Made by a program: the position numbers and the translations under genes. The notes beneath the pieces were generated by a model. The model was not told where the DNA came from and did not search any database. It saw only the letters and a program-made list of their open reading frames with translations. From Prochlorococcus sp. AG-424-P23 (GTDB lineage Bacteria > Cyanobacteriota > Cyanobacteriia > PCC-6307 > Cyanobiaceae): a DNA stretch of 64,000 bases. The DNA is taken from the NCBI GenBank assembly GCA_003210135.1, contig QCNK01000005.1, positions 9,683 through 73,682 of the forward strand, read 5' to 3'. Positions 20,102-31,636 of this stretch are shown here, one piece after another (position 1 is the first letter of the stretch; each line of letters starts with the position of its first letter).

Positions 20102-21604
20102 TCAAGTTAAACTATTTTTGATTTTACCATTTATTAATTCTCCAACTATTGCGATGGAGCTATAAGCTATCAAAACTATTGTAACTTCTTGCCATGCGAA
20201 AGAACTTAGTGATTCTTGCAATTGCCAACCTAGACCAACACTTCCAATAACCCCAACAATTGCAGTTTCTCTAATAATGATGTCAGATCTATAAGCACAA
20301 TATGCTAAGTAACTTTTTGCTTGTTGAGAATATAAACCTAAAAGCCAACTAGTCTTTTTTGAGATTCCTAGAGATTTCATTGCAATATAATTTCTCTTGT
20401 CTTGGCTATCTAGATTTTTAAAAAGTAATTTGCTAGTAATACCAGCGTTGTGGAGACCTAATGTTAAAGCTGCTAAGGATACAGAAGGATTATTAAAAGT
20501 TAATAGAGTTAGAAGTATTAGAGGTGTAGGTATTAAACGTAATAAAAATGCAAAAATTTTTATAATAATTTTAGAAGTATAGTTGTTAAAAATTCCTATT
20601 ACTAATGGAGGTAAACTTATTGCGATTCCTGTTGATAAAAGACTTAAAATTATTGTTTCGAATATAAGTTTTAAGAAATCAGATAATCCTAAATATGAGC
20701 TTGATTTAAATAGAGAACTAACGGAATTAAAATTTTCAAAATTATTATTAAAAATAAAATAAAGAAAATATGAAAAAGAAAATAAAATTGTTATGAAAAA
20801 AACTGCAATAAAAAAAATAGATAGGATTTTATTTGTAGTATTAAATTTTATTTTTTTGAAAATTAATCCAGAAAGAATTATCAAAATTGCTAAGGACCAT
20901 AAATAAGTCCATAACTCTCTAAAATTCAAAGTTTGGAAAGATAAAAAAATACTGGTACCTATTCCTCCAATCCCAAAAAGTCCTAAAATCAACGTACTTC
21001 TTATTGAACACTCTAATCGATATAAACCAAAGTTTTTAAATGTATTTATTATTGGATTCCATATTAAAGTTAGTAAAGAAGAAAATTTAGGTGCATTTAT
21101 TTGATTTATAGATTCAAAACTTTTGTAGTCAATAGTTTCTAATTGTTCAGCAAAAACTTTTGAATTTACAGCAATATAAGGAATACATAAAGCTATTATT
21201 CCTATCGAAAAATTTATTCCATATATTTGCATTAATAGTATTCCCCAAACCACTTCGTGTATAGATCTAATGATAGTTAGAAAAAACCTTATTGTTAGGT
21301 AGAAAAAATTTGGAATATTAAAGATTTTATAAAAAATATTTGAGGAAATTATTCCAAAAATTGCTCCAAAAATAATACTTACTAACCAACTAAAAAAACC
21401 AATTAAGATAGTTTCATTTAATCGCTTAATTACGGTAATAATAATTTCATTATCGATCTTGGGATTGAATGCAGAAATCAAGAATTCTTGGAATAATTTA
21501 AATCCTCCAAAATGAATATTGTTTATTAATTGATACCCTAGAGGTATGCATACCAAAATTGGAAGAAAGGATAAAGAGGTGTAGTTTAATCTTAAATTAT
21601 TCAA
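20102..21604 (-). CDS. phnE: Phosphonate/phosphite-type ABC transporter permease (duplicated PhnE domain)
   Basis: IRSIHEVVWG, YRLECSIRS, IIIRETAIVGVIGSVGLG. Confidence 0.85.
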   Translation of the reverse strand: MNNLRLNYTSLSFLPILVCIPLGYQLINNIHFGGFKLFQEFLISAFNPKIDNEIIITVIKRLNETILIGFFSWLVSIIFGAIFGIISSNIFYKIFNIPNFFYLTIRFFLTIIRSIHEVVWGILLMQIYGINFSIGIIALCIPYIAVNSKVFAEQLETIDYKSFESINQINAPKFSSLLTLIWNPIINTFKNFGLYRLECSIRSTLILGLFGIGGIGTSIFLSFQTLNFRELWTYLWSLAILIILSGLIFKKIKFNTTNKILSIFFIAVFFITILFSFSYFLYFIFNNNFENFNSVSSLFKSSSYLGLSDFLKLIFETIILSLLSTGIAISLPPLVIGIFNNYTSKIIIKIFAFLLRLIPTPLILLTLLTFNNPSVSLAALTLGLHNAGITSKLLFKNLDSQDKRNYIAMKSLGISKKTSWLLGLYSQQAKSYLAYCAYRSDIIIRETAIVGVIGSVGLGWQLQESLSSFAWQEVTIVLIAYSSIAIVGELINGKIKNSLT

Positions 21605-21608
21605 CTAA

Positions 21609-22349
21609 TTAATATATTTTGTCTAAATGAATCTTCTTTAAGTTATTTCTTTTAATATTGAAAAAAAGTTTACCATCCCTGATTCCAATAACTTTATCAA
21701 AATCCTTCAGCAAATCTAATCGATGTAATGCAACTAATGCCGTCTTTGGCGATATTTTTGTATTATTTTTATCGACACTTTCTAGCATTAGGGTTTTAAT
21801 TGTGGTTATCAATTTGGGATCTAGATTATTAAAAGGCTCATCTGCAAGTAATATATTTGATCCTTGGATTAATGATCTAGCTATAGCCACCCTTTGTTTT
21901 TGCCCCCCAGATAGTTTTCTGATTTTTTTGCCGTAAATAGAGTTATGAAGTCTACATAATTGCATATATTTATGCGCCTTCTTAAAAGAACTTATATTTA
22001 GTAAATTTTTAAAAGCGAAATAAAAATTGTTTTCCGCTAGAAGTCCACAATTAACATTTTGTTCTGCAGAGAGATCTTCTATTAATCTCAAATCTTGCCA
22101 AATAGTTGTAATTTTACTTTTCTGCTTTCTATCTAATTCCTCGAAACTTTTATTGAATAATTTAACCTCACCTTGAGTTGGCTTGATAGTGCCATTAAGT
22201 ACTGATATAAGTGTAGTTTTTCCTGAACCGTTTTTACCTAAAAGTGCAATTTTTTCCCCAGAATTTATTTTTAAATTTATATTATTTAGGATTAGATCAT
22301 TTTTGTATTTATAAGAAATATTTTTTAATTCTAAGACAGTATTATTCAT
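21609..22349 (-). CDS. phnC: Phosphonate/phosphite-type ABC transporter ATPase
   Basis: GKNGSGKTT, LSGGQKQRVAIAR, ADEPFNNLDP; operon with phnD/E. Confidence 0.87.
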   Translation of the reverse strand: MNNTVLELKNISYKYKNDLILNNINLKINSGEKIALLGKNGSGKTTLISVLNGTIKPTQGEVKLFNKSFEELDRKQKSKITTIWQDLRLIEDLSAEQNVNCGLLAENNFYFAFKNLLNISSFKKAHKYMQLCRLHNSIYGKKIRKLSGGQKQRVAIARSLIQGSNILLADEPFNNLDPKLITTIKTLMLESVDKNNTKISPKTALVALHRLDLLKDFDKVIGIRDGKLFFNIKRNNLKKIHLDKIY

Positions 22350-23239
22350 CTAATTTTATTTAATTTCCTCCCGATTTCCTCTATATTTTTATATTGTTTT
22401 GATTCTGCCTTTATAAATCTTTTTGCATTGAACATATCTAATATCTGTTTATGTGATTTTTTTTTAATATCTAAATTTAGGATTACTGATTTAAGTTCGT
22501 TTATAAACCCTTCCCCGAATCTGTCTTCAAGATCCCCTTGAGCAATCCAATGATAGTCGACATATTCTGGGGTGATCCAGAATAATTCTGAATTACTTGT
22601 TCTTTTGGGATTATTTTTAAGATTGTTTTCCCAAACTTGTTTATTTAAAGCTCCAGCATCAAATGCCCCACTATTAACTAAAGCTATAGTGGCATCATGA
22701 CTCCCACTAAAACCTGCTTTTTTGCCTTTAAAGTCTTTAATTTCTACCCCTGCTCGATTTAAAAAATATTCTGGCATTAATCTTCCAGAAGTTGAGTTTT
22801 CAGAGCCAAAAGTAAATCTCAAATTTTTTAGTTTTTTAAGTCCTTTAATGTTTGAAATTGGGCTAAGTTCTAAATTTTTGTTTACTATAAAAACACTTTT
22901 AAATTCCTTATCGATATCTCTTTGAGCTATGACAATTGAATTAGGAGTTTGTAGTCTGGCTTGAACCCCTGATAAACCGCCAAACCAAACTAAATCTAAA
23001 TCTTTAGTTCTAAATCCAGTTACTGCTGCAACATAATTAATAACAGGAATGTATTTGACTTCTACATCAAGTTGTTTGGATAATTCTTTTGAAAAAAAAT
23101 TAAATCTTTTGTCCAAAATATCTTGGTTTTGATCAGGTATTGCTCCAACTTTTAAAACTTTGGGATTTGAAAATACAGGTGATGAAAAAATAAAAAATAA
23201 TAGAGATGAACTTATTAGGAAATTTTTTAAATTAAACAT
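22346..23239 (-). CDS. phnD: Phosphonate/phosphite-type ABC transporter substrate-binding protein
   Basis: GAIPDQ, WFGGLSG, GSENSTSGRLMP, GSHDAT. Confidence 0.87.
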   Translation of the reverse strand: MFNLKNFLISSSLLFFIFSSPVFSNPKVLKVGAIPDQNQDILDKRFNFFSKELSKQLDVEVKYIPVINYVAAVTGFRTKDLDLVWFGGLSGVQARLQTPNSIVIAQRDIDKEFKSVFIVNKNLELSPISNIKGLKKLKNLRFTFGSENSTSGRLMPEYFLNRAGVEIKDFKGKKAGFSGSHDATIALVNSGAFDAGALNKQVWENNLKNNPKRTSNSELFWITPEYVDYHWIAQGDLEDRFGEGFINELKSVILNLDIKKKSHKQILDMFNAKRFIKAESKQYKNIEEIGRKLNKIR

Positions 23240-23253
23240 AACTTATGTTTTAG

Positions 23254-24450
23254 TTAATAGTATTCAGAAATTGCTTTTTTAAGTCTTTGTAGCCCATCTT
23301 TTATTTTAATCTCTGAAGCTGCACAAGATATTCTTATACATTGATCAGCCCCAAAAGCTTTTCCAGGTACAACAACTAATCCGTAATCTTGAAGCGCTTT
23401 ATTGCAGAAATCAACAGAAGTAATTGAGGAGTTAGGTAATTTTGGAAATGCGTAAAATGCTCCGTTAGGTTCTTCAATATAAATCTCATTTATATTATTA
23501 AGGCCCTCATAGAGAAGTCTTCTTCTTTGATCGTAATGGCTATTTATCATTGAGAAAAACTCATTATTAATTTTTAAAGCCTCTAAAGCACCTTTTTGAA
23601 CAAAAGAACAAACATTACTTGTACTTTGACTTTGTAATGCTGAGGATGCTTTGATTACATCTTTGGGACCTACTAAATAACCTACCCTCCAGCCAGTCAT
23701 AGCCCATCCTTTCGCAAACCCATTTATTATAAAAATCCTATCTTTTAAGTCATTTGCTAATGAAGATAAACTGTAGTGTTTAAATTCTTTTTTAAGAATT
23801 AGTTCGTAAATCTCATCAGAAAGAATATTGATATTTGGATTTTCTCTAGCTAAATCGGCAATTTGTAATAATTCTTCCTTTGACATAACTCTTCCAGTAG
23901 GATTATTAGGAGAATTGATAATTATAAATTTAGTTTTTGAAGAGATTTTAGACTTCAAATCTTCTATATTTATTTTGAATCCATCTTCTGCAGAAGAATT
24001 TGTAAAAATTGGCTTCCCACCCGCCAATCTAACTATCTGAGGATAACTTAACCAATATGGAGAAGGAATAATAACTTCATCTCCAGTATTTAACAAGACT
24101 TGGAAAAGATTATATATTGCTTGCTTAGCACCATTTGTGACCATTACACTTTCAAATTCATAATTTAAATCGTTTTGAATTTGAAGTTTATTTGCAATTG
24201 CTTTTCGGAGATCTAAATTCCCCGCTGCGGGGCCGTACTTTGTGAATCCATCAAATATAGCTTTACTTGTAGCCTCAATAACTTCTTTTGGGGCATCAAA
24301 ATCAGGTTCTCCTGCACTTAAATTACAAATATCTACTCCTTCTGCAGATAATTGATTTGCTTTAGCGCTTATCTGCAATGTAAGAGATGGCTCAATTGAA
24401 AGTGCCCGATCAGATAAATTAACTTGACTCATTGACTTATGACTTTTCAA
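23254..24450 (-). CDS. aspC: Aspartate aminotransferase (PLP class I)
   Basis: AGEPDF, NSPNNPTG, SDEIY, GFAKGWAMTGWRVG. Confidence 0.9.
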   Translation of the reverse strand: MKSHKSMSQVNLSDRALSIEPSLTLQISAKANQLSAEGVDICNLSAGEPDFDAPKEVIEATSKAIFDGFTKYGPAAGNLDLRKAIANKLQIQNDLNYEFESVMVTNGAKQAIYNLFQVLLNTGDEVIIPSPYWLSYPQIVRLAGGKPIFTNSSAEDGFKINIEDLKSKISSKTKFIIINSPNNPTGRVMSKEELLQIADLARENPNINILSDEIYELILKKEFKHYSLSSLANDLKDRIFIINGFAKGWAMTGWRVGYLVGPKDVIKASSALQSQSTSNVCSFVQKGALEALKINNEFFSMINSHYDQRRRLLYEGLNNINEIYIEEPNGAFYAFPKLPNSSITSVDFCNKALQDYGLVVVPGKAFGADQCIRISCAASEIKIKDGLQRLKKAISEYY

Positions 24451-24584
24451 ATATGACTTTTAATAATGACAAATGCATAAGTTAAGAATAAATAAAACTA
24501 TCACACTATGGTTTAATTTAGTTCATTTTCTTAATCTATTTTATTTTCATGTTTTGAGTTCTTAAGATAAAAATATTTAAAGTT

Positions 24585-25097
24585 TTGTTTTCGGTGAAAA
24601 GGTTAGTAATTGGTAGAGGAAGTGTATTTGCAGATTTGTTAATAATTGGTGAGGCACCTGGAGCACAGGAAGATTTAGAAGGAAAACCTTATGTAGGTAA
24701 ATCTGGTAAGTTATTAAACGAATTATTAATACAAGCTGGGATTGAATATAAGAAGGATGTTTATTTTTGTAATGTAATTAAATGTCGTCCACCAAATAAT
24801 AGAAAACCGACTGCTAGAGAAATTAATATTCATAAACCTTGGTTATTGCAGCAAATAAAGCTAGTTGATCCAAAATTTATATTACTTACTGGTTCAACTG
24901 CTATGAGAGCCATTTTAGAAGTTAAAGATCCTATAAGTAATTTAAGAGGTCAATGGATTAAAAAAGATGGGAGAGAAATTATGGTAATTTTTCATCCATC
25001 TTATTTGTTGAGATTTCCTTCAAAAGAAATCAATAAACCTTACCATCTAACTTTGAAAGACCTAGAGAATGTAAGTGGTAAACTATATGCCGTATAA
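24585..25097 (+). CDS. Uracil-DNA glycosylase, family 4-like
   Basis: IGEAPG, NVIKCRPPNNR, FHPSYLLR. Confidence 0.9.
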   Translation: MFSVKRLVIGRGSVFADLLIIGEAPGAQEDLEGKPYVGKSGKLLNELLIQAGIEYKKDVYFCNVIKCRPPNNRKPTAREINIHKPWLLQQIKLVDPKFILLTGSTAMRAILEVKDPISNLRGQWIKKDGREIMVIFHPSYLLRFPSKEINKPYHLTLKDLENVSGKLYAV

Positions 25098-25132
25098 TTT
25101 AGTGAAATCCTTTTTGAATATCTAGAATTTTA

Positions 25133-26350
25133 ATGTCATTAACTCAATCAAAAGAGGTTAATAGTCTCTCCAAAAGATATTCAACTCATATTGAGAGAAG
25201 GATAACTAGAACAGTAATGGTGGGAGATGTAGCTATTGGAAGTGATTATCCAGTAAGAGTTCAATCGATGATAAATGAAGATACGATGGATGTCGAAAAT
25301 GCTTACTTAGCTATCAAAAGACTTCATGATGTGGGTTGTGAAATAGTAAGGTTAACTGTCCCTTCCTTAGCACATGCCAAAGCTGTAGGAGATATAAAGG
25401 CAAAATTACTAGAAAATAATATCAATACACCCTTGGTGGCTGATGTTCACCATAATGGTATGAAAATTGCAATGGAAGTTGCAAAACATGTTGATAAAGT
25501 AAGAATTAATCCTGGATTGTTTGTTTTTGAAAAATCAGACCCTACAAGAACTGAATATACAGATGAGGAATTTGAAACTATTAAGCAAACAATACTTAAA
25601 AGATTTACCCCTTTAGTTGAAGTTTTAAAGGCTGAAAACAAAGCTCTAAGGATTGGAGTTAATCATGGGTCTCTATCTGAGAGGATGCTTTTTACTTATG
25701 GAGATACGCCATTAGGAATGACAGAATCTGCGATGGAGTTCGTCAAAATTTGTGATGAGCTTGATTTTCATAACATAATTATTTCTATGAAAGCTTCTAG
25801 GGCTCCGGTCATGATGGCAGCCTACAGAATGATTGCAGATAGGCTTGACTCAGAAGGATATAACTATCCCTTACATTTAGGAGTGACTGAAGCTGGTGAT
25901 GGTGATTATGGAAGGATTAAAAGTACTGCAGGAATTGGAACGCTTTTAGCAGAGGGATTAGGAGATACCATCAGGGTTTCCCTGACAGAAGCTCCAGAAA
26001 AGGAAATACCAGTGTGCTATTCAATTTTGCAATCATTAGGATTAAGAAAAACAATGGTTGAATACATCAGTTGCCCTAGTTGTGGTAGAACACTTTTCAA
26101 TCTTGAAGAAGTTGTAGATAAAGTTAGGAACGCTACTTCACATTTGACTGGTTTAGACATAGCAATAATGGGATGTATAGTAAATGGACCAGGAGAAATG
26201 GCAGATGCTGATTATGGTTATGTTGGCAAAGGCAAAGGAACTATTGCCTTATATAGAAGGAAAGAAGAGATAAAAAGAGTACCTGAAGATGAGGGCGTTA
26301 ATGCTTTAATACAACTTATTAAGGATGATGGGAAGTGGATTGATCCTTAA
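25133..26350 (+). CDS. ispG: HMBPP synthase
   Basis: [39 protein letters not shown]. Confidence 0.97.
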   Translation: MSLTQSKEVNSLSKRYSTHIERRITRTVMVGDVAIGSDYPVRVQSMINEDTMDVENAYLAIKRLHDVGCEIVRLTVPSLAHAKAVGDIKAKLLENNINTPLVADVHHNGMKIAMEVAKHVDKVRINPGLFVFEKSDPTRTEYTDEEFETIKQTILKRFTPLVEVLKAENKALRIGVNHGSLSERMLFTYGDTPLGMTESAMEFVKICDELDFHNIIISMKASRAPVMMAAYRMIADRLDSEGYNYPLHLGVTEAGDGDYGRIKSTAGIGTLLAEGLGDTIRVSLTEAPEKEIPVCYSILQSLGLRKTMVEYISCPSCGRTLFNLEEVVDKVRNATSHLTGLDIAIMGCIVNGPGEMADADYGYVGKGKGTIALYRRKEEIKRVPEDEGVNALIQLIKDDGKWIDP

Positions 26351-26403
26351 GGATTTGTCAAATTTTTGAGATTATAAATAAATTCTTTTTATAATAAAAA
26401 ATA

Positions 26404-27747
26404 TTGAATTCTTTGAAGATACAAAAATTGTCTAAGAAAAAATTTATAATTCTGTTTGCGACAACCTTTTCTGGGCTATTTCTGAATAATTTTGCAGGAG
26501 CAACAGTTTTAAATAATAGTTACAAAGAAGTAATTGATCATGTTTGGCAAATTATATATAGAGATTTTCTTGATTCAAGCGGTAAATTTCGAAAGTCCAA
26601 TTGGATTAATCTAAGAAAAGAAGTTTTATCAAAAACATATTCAGATAGCAATGAAGCATATGATGCGATTAGAAATATGCTTTCTAATTTGGATGATTCT
26701 TATACAAGATTTTTAGAACCTAAGGAATTTAATCAAATGAGAATTGACACCTCTGGCGAATTAACTGGAGTTGGTATCCAAATAGTTAAAGATAAAGAAT
26801 CAGATGATTTAATAATTATTTCTCCTTTAGAGGGCTCCCCTGCATTTGATGCTGGAATTAAAGCTAGAGATAAAATATTAGCTATAGATGATATTTCTAC
26901 TAAAGGTATGAATATTGAGGAGGCCGTGAAATTAATAAGAGGACAAAGAGGTACTAAAGTAAAGCTTGAAATTCTTAGAGGTTCTAAATCCTTTTTTAAG
27001 ATTTTATCAAGAGAAAAAATTGAAATAAAATCTGTATCAAGTAAAGTCAATCAAACCAAAAACGGTTTATCAGTTGGCTATGTAAGAATTAAACAATTTA
27101 ATGCAAATGCATCAAAAGAGACTAGAGATGCTATTAAGGATTTAGAAACAAAAAAAGTCGCAGGATATGTTCTTGACTTGAGAAGTAATCCTGGAGGTTT
27201 ATTAGAATCAAGCATTGATATCTCAAGGCACTTCATTAACAAAGGAGTAATAGTAAGTACGGTAAGTAAAGATGGTTTAAAAGAAACAAAAAAAGGAAAC
27301 GGTCAAGCTCTAACAAAAAAGCCCTTAGTTGTCTTAGTTAATGAGGGTTCTGCTAGTGCTAGTGAAATAGTCTCTGGTGCAATAAAGGATAACAAAAGAG
27401 GAAAATTAGTTGGGAAAAAAACGTTTGGTAAAGGTTTAGTTCAATCTATGAGAACATTAGTTGATGGTTCAGGACTAACTGTTACAGTCGCTAAGTATTT
27501 AACTCCGAACGGAACTGATATAAATAAATCTGGAATTATTCCAGACATAGAAGTAAAAATGAATATAAACCCTATACTCCAAAGAGAAATTGGAACTAGA
27601 AAAGATAAACAATATAGAGCTGGTGAAAAAGAGCTAATAAATATAATTAATAGAAAGAATCAGATAAGCGAATTTAAGCCCGACACTACAAACCTTAATG
27701 CATTCCTAAAAATTAATAAGGAAGATAAAGTATTTTCACTAAATTAA
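26404..27747 (+). CDS. ctpA: Carboxyl-terminal processing protease (S41)
   Basis: PDZ domain, DLRSNPGG, SASASEI, TFGKG. Confidence 0.88.
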   Translation: MNSLKIQKLSKKKFIILFATTFSGLFLNNFAGATVLNNSYKEVIDHVWQIIYRDFLDSSGKFRKSNWINLRKEVLSKTYSDSNEAYDAIRNMLSNLDDSYTRFLEPKEFNQMRIDTSGELTGVGIQIVKDKESDDLIIISPLEGSPAFDAGIKARDKILAIDDISTKGMNIEEAVKLIRGQRGTKVKLEILRGSKSFFKILSREKIEIKSVSSKVNQTKNGLSVGYVRIKQFNANASKETRDAIKDLETKKVAGYVLDLRSNPGGLLESSIDISRHFINKGVIVSTVSKDGLKETKKGNGQALTKKPLVVLVNEGSASASEIVSGAIKDNKRGKLVGKKTFGKGLVQSMRTLVDGSGLTVTVAKYLTPNGTDINKSGIIPDIEVKMNINPILQREIGTRKDKQYRAGEKELINIINRKNQISEFKPDTTNLNAFLKINKEDKVFSLN

Positions 27748-28658
27748 TTACTCATATCTAGCATTCTCTTTATTGGCACATAGGCTCTTCTTATTATTTC
27801 TGGGTCTAGTTCGATAGACGGGGAATTGTTTTTCAAACAATCTAGAATTTTTTCTAAAGTATTTAATTTCATATATGGACACTCGTTACATTTACAACCT
27901 TCTACATCTGGGACTTCAATAAAAATTTTGTTAGGTTCTTTCTTCTTCATTTGATGAATTATTCCAGGTTCAGTTAGTACCATATAAGTTTTAGATGGAT
28001 CTTTACTTACGAAATCAAGCAGCTTACTTGTTGATCCAATAAAGTCTGAGAGAATTAGTAAATTTTGACTACATTCAGGATGAGCAATGACTTTTGATCC
28101 TGGATTTTGATATTTTAATTTTAGAAGTGCTTCTTCACTAAACGATTCATGAACAATGCAGCTGCCAGGCCATAATTTAAGATCTCTTCCTGAATTTTTC
28201 TGTACCCATCTCCCAAGGTTCTGATCTGGTGCGAATATTATCTTTTTATCTTGAGGTATCTTTTTAATTAATGAAACTGCATTACTGCTTGTACATATCA
28301 GATCACTTTGGGCTTTTACTTCTGCAGTACAATTTATATAACTTACTACATAGTGATCTGGATTTTCTTTCCTGAACTTTTGAAATTTATCTGAGGGACA
28401 ATCGTCTGCTAATGAGCATCCTGCGTCAATATCTGGTAATAAGACTGTTTTATTAGGGCTAAGTATTTTTGCGGTTTCGGCCATAAAGTGCACACCGCAA
28501 AAAATTATTATATCTGCGTCATTATTTGCAGCTTTCCTAGATAGATCTAATGAATCGCCAATAAAATCTGCAATTTCCTGAATCTCTGGAGCTTGATAAT
28601 AGTGCGCAAGAATAATTGCATTAGCTTTTTCGCAACGCTCCTTTATTTCAGAAATCAA
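27744..28658 (-). CDS. nadA: Quinolinate synthase
   Basis: ILAHYYQ, FCGVHFMAE, CSLAD, CIVHE, AHPEC. Confidence 0.95.
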   Translation of the reverse strand: MISEIKERCEKANAIILAHYYQAPEIQEIADFIGDSLDLSRKAANNDADIIIFCGVHFMAETAKILSPNKTVLLPDIDAGCSLADDCPSDKFQKFRKENPDHYVVSYINCTAEVKAQSDLICTSSNAVSLIKKIPQDKKIIFAPDQNLGRWVQKNSGRDLKLWPGSCIVHESFSEEALLKLKYQNPGSKVIAHPECSQNLLILSDFIGSTSKLLDFVSKDPSKTYMVLTEPGIIHQMKKKEPNKIFIEVPDVEGCKCNECPYMKLNTLEKILDCLKNNSPSIELDPEIIRRAYVPIKRMLDMSN

Positions 28659-28761
28659 ATCCTCTTCGTTTTGAACTGATTTCTTTTTTGCAGTAGAAGT
28701 TATACTGGTCAGGATTTAGAATATCTCTAAATAGATTATATGCCTTTAAACAGAAAAAATT

Positions 28762-29595
28762 CTGACAAATTTAAAAATTGCTATTGTTGGTGACTGTCAT
28801 GGTCAATGGTCTGAATTAGACTTGAAGGTTTTATCGATTATCAAACCAAATATTGTTTTATTTGTTGGGGATATTTCTGATGGGAGTGTCAAAATAATTA
28901 AAAAAATCAATGAGATCAAAATTCCTACTTTTGTGATTTTAGGAAATCATGATAGAGGGAAGGATTCTACAGGCGAAACTCTCTCAAAGCAGATACGTGT
29001 TCTTGGTGAAAAATATTGTGCATGGGATTTGAAAGTTTTTAATAATCAAATAAATTTATTGTCTGCAAGACCATGTAGTTCTGGCGGCGGCTATTATCTT
29101 TCGAAAGAAGTTATAGGCGTTTATGGACCCATCACCGAACAAGATTCAATAAATAAAATCATCAAATGTTCAGAAGAGAGTATCGAAGAGATACCTTTAA
29201 TAATTATGTCTCACGCTGGCCCCTCGGGTTTAGGTTCAGAACCTAAAAGCATTTGTGGGAAAGACTGGAAATTACCCTCATTAGATTGGGGAGATAGAGA
29301 CTTGTCTGTGGCTATTTCTCAAATACAAAAGAAAAGAAAAGTTGATCTTGTAATTTTTGGTCATATGCACAACCGGCTTAAAAGAAATCTTGGTTTAAGA
29401 GAGATGTTTAAAATTGATAGCAAAGGAACAATTTATTTTAATACTGCTGTTGTGCCAAGATATAAAACTGATGAAGAGGGGAAATTACTAATTAACTTTT
29501 CATGGATTGAGTTTGAAAAAAAGGGATTAAGTCATATTTCTCATCGATGGTATTCAGAGTCTGGTGAAATTCGTGAGGAAGATAAATTTTTTTAG
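28762..29595 (+). CDS. TIGR04168-type metallophosphoesterase
   Basis: Motifs IAIVGDCHG (upstream of the track's TTG at 28822), FVGD, GNHD, FGHMH; start placed at the in-frame CTG 28762, tentative. Confidence 0.8.
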   Translation: MTNLKIAIVGDCHGQWSELDLKVLSIIKPNIVLFVGDISDGSVKIIKKINEIKIPTFVILGNHDRGKDSTGETLSKQIRVLGEKYCAWDLKVFNNQINLLSARPCSSGGGYYLSKEVIGVYGPITEQDSINKIIKCSEESIEEIPLIIMSHAGPSGLGSEPKSICGKDWKLPSLDWGDRDLSVAISQIQKKRKVDLVIFGHMHNRLKRNLGLREMFKIDSKGTIYFNTAVVPRYKTDEEGKLLINFSWIEFEKKGLSHISHRWYSESGEIREEDKFF

Positions 29596-29616
29596 GATTA
29601 GATTTTTGTTCATATT

Positions 29617-30414
29617 TTAAGTATTTTTGGGCTTTTCATATCTTGAAAATAATGTTTGAGACAAGATATAACCCGCAATTCCTGCAGCTGTAAAAGCTAA
29701 ACTATTTTTAATTAAAGGTAATAAATCATTTGTTCTGGATATTATCGGTGCCAAACCAAAAATTCCAAATAACATTCCCCATAAAGGAGAAAGAAGAGCT
29801 AAAAATCCAATTGATATGACTTGACCTTCTTTTCTTGGAGAAGATGCAAAACCTGCTACTAAACCTCCAAGAATCGATGTACATAAAGTCCATATATATT
29901 GCTCTTTGGGTAGGCCAGGGACAACTTGGCATCCTCCTCTTTCGAGGCAAATCTTTACTGAATCAATTGCGTCTAGTACTGCACCATCCTCACCGTGATC
30001 TTTAACATAATATTGGTTGCCAAATCTTGTTTGAAGTTCAACCCAAAATAATCTTGGCATAAAATTAAAATAAGCCTCTCCGACATTAAAGTTCAGTAAA
30101 TTTCCCCCTCTAGGATCCGCAACTATCAATAAACTTGTCTCATCTAAATCCCAATAGTCCTTAATTGCACTACCTGGTGAACTCTCAAACTGAGATAAAT
30201 ATTTAATTTTCCACCCACTTTCAATTTCTAGTTTGTTGAGCTTTTCCTCTAAAGATTTTTTCTGATTAGGGCTTAACGTTTTAGCTAAATCAATTACTGG
30301 TGTTTTTTCTTCTGGTAAGAGATTTGGATTATTTATAGCGAAAACGGGTTTATGTGAAATTAAAACTAATATAGATAGAAATATTCCTAATAAATAGTTA
30401 ATCTTTGAAGGCAT
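29617..30414 (-). CDS. TPM-domain membrane protein
   Basis: PVIDLAKTLS, ELQTRFGNQYYV, GCQVVPG. Confidence 0.85.
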   Translation of the reverse strand: MPSKINYLLGIFLSILVLISHKPVFAINNPNLLPEEKTPVIDLAKTLSPNQKKSLEEKLNKLEIESGWKIKYLSQFESSPGSAIKDYWDLDETSLLIVADPRGGNLLNFNVGEAYFNFMPRLFWVELQTRFGNQYYVKDHGEDGAVLDAIDSVKICLERGGCQVVPGLPKEQYIWTLCTSILGGLVAGFASSPRKEGQVISIGFLALLSPLWGMLFGIFGLAPIISRTNDLLPLIKNSLAFTAAGIAGYILSQTLFSRYEKPKNT

Positions 30415-30445
30415 AAATAAGTTTTGTCTCTTTATATTTTCGCCG

Positions 30446-31636
30446 ATGAATAGCTTACCCGCGAATAATCAAGATTGGTTAGTAAAAAAAATAATAAAAA
30501 TGGGTGGGACTATAAGTTTTTATGACTTTATGAATTTTGCATTAAATGATCCTATTAATGGTTATTACGGCAGCGGTAAAGCTGAGTTAGGCGTTCGAGG
30601 AGATTTTGTCACATCACCATCATTATCTGATGATTTTGCTTTTTTGGTTGGTAAACAAATAGAAGATTGGTTGATTCAGTTCAAAAGTAGTTTTTTATCT
30701 AATCAGAAATTAACTGTAACTGAGTTTGGAGCTGGAGATGGAAGCTTTATGAGTGGATTAATTAAATATTTTTTAGAAAACAGCAAGAATTTTTTAGAAG
30801 GAGTTTCTTTTGTAATTATTGAACCTAATGAAGGGATGGTAGAAAAACAAAAAAATAAATTGGAGGAATTTTTGAACTTAGGTATTGATATTTTATGGAA
30901 AAGTTTGGATGAAGTAGAGGAAAATAATATAAATGGAATAGTTCTAGCAAATGAGGTTTTGGATGCTTTGCCAGTAGAAAGAATAACCTCTTCAAAGGGA
31001 AAATTAATTCGACAAGCAGTTTCTGTAGACAAAAAATCTCATAAATTATTTTTTGATAAAATGCCAATTACAAGTGAATTGAAAAAAAGTTTTGAACTTG
31101 CTAAAAGTAAGTTGGGAATAACTATTCCGCCTGAAGATGCTCTGGAAGGATGGACGACAGAATGGCATGTAGATAACTCAAAATGGTTAGAAGCTATTTA
31201 TGGGAAAATCAATAATGGTATTTTATTGGTAATTGATTACGCTAAAGAAGCTAAAAAATACTATAACTCTATGAATTCTGATGGGACGATAGTTTCTTAT
31301 GAAAATCAAAAAATGAAGAATAATGTCCTAGATTCTCCCGGAAATTGCGATTTAACATCTCATGTGTGCATAGAAACGTTAATTAATGATGCTGAGACTC
31401 TTGGATTTAATACTTATGGAATAACTAAACAAGGAGAGGCTTTGTTGGCACTGGGATTGGCAGAGAGACTTTATGGGATTCAGAAAGAATTTAAGGAGAA
31501 TTTATCAAATGCTCTTTTAAGAAGAGAGGCATTACTTAGACTCGTAGATCCTTTATGCCTAGGTGATTTTAAGTGGTTTGTTTTTAATAAGTTTAATGAG
31601 AAGGAAATGAATATAAATTCAACTTGTTTGCGTTAA
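30446..31636 (+). CDS. SAM-dependent methyltransferase, MidA/NDUFAF7 family
   Basis: GYY...[29 protein letters not shown]. Confidence 0.87.
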   Translation: MNSLPANNQDWLVKKIIKMGGTISFYDFMNFALNDPINGYYGSGKAELGVRGDFVTSPSLSDDFAFLVGKQIEDWLIQFKSSFLSNQKLTVTEFGAGDGSFMSGLIKYFLENSKNFLEGVSFVIIEPNEGMVEKQKNKLEEFLNLGIDILWKSLDEVEENNINGIVLANEVLDALPVERITSSKGKLIRQAVSVDKKSHKLFFDKMPITSELKKSFELAKSKLGITIPPEDALEGWTTEWHVDNSKWLEAIYGKINNGILLVIDYAKEAKKYYNSMNSDGTIVSYENQKMKNNVLDSPGNCDLTSHVCIETLINDAETLGFNTYGITKQGEALLALGLAERLYGIQKEFKENLSNALLRREALLRLVDPLCLGDFKWFVFNKFNEKEMNINSTCLR

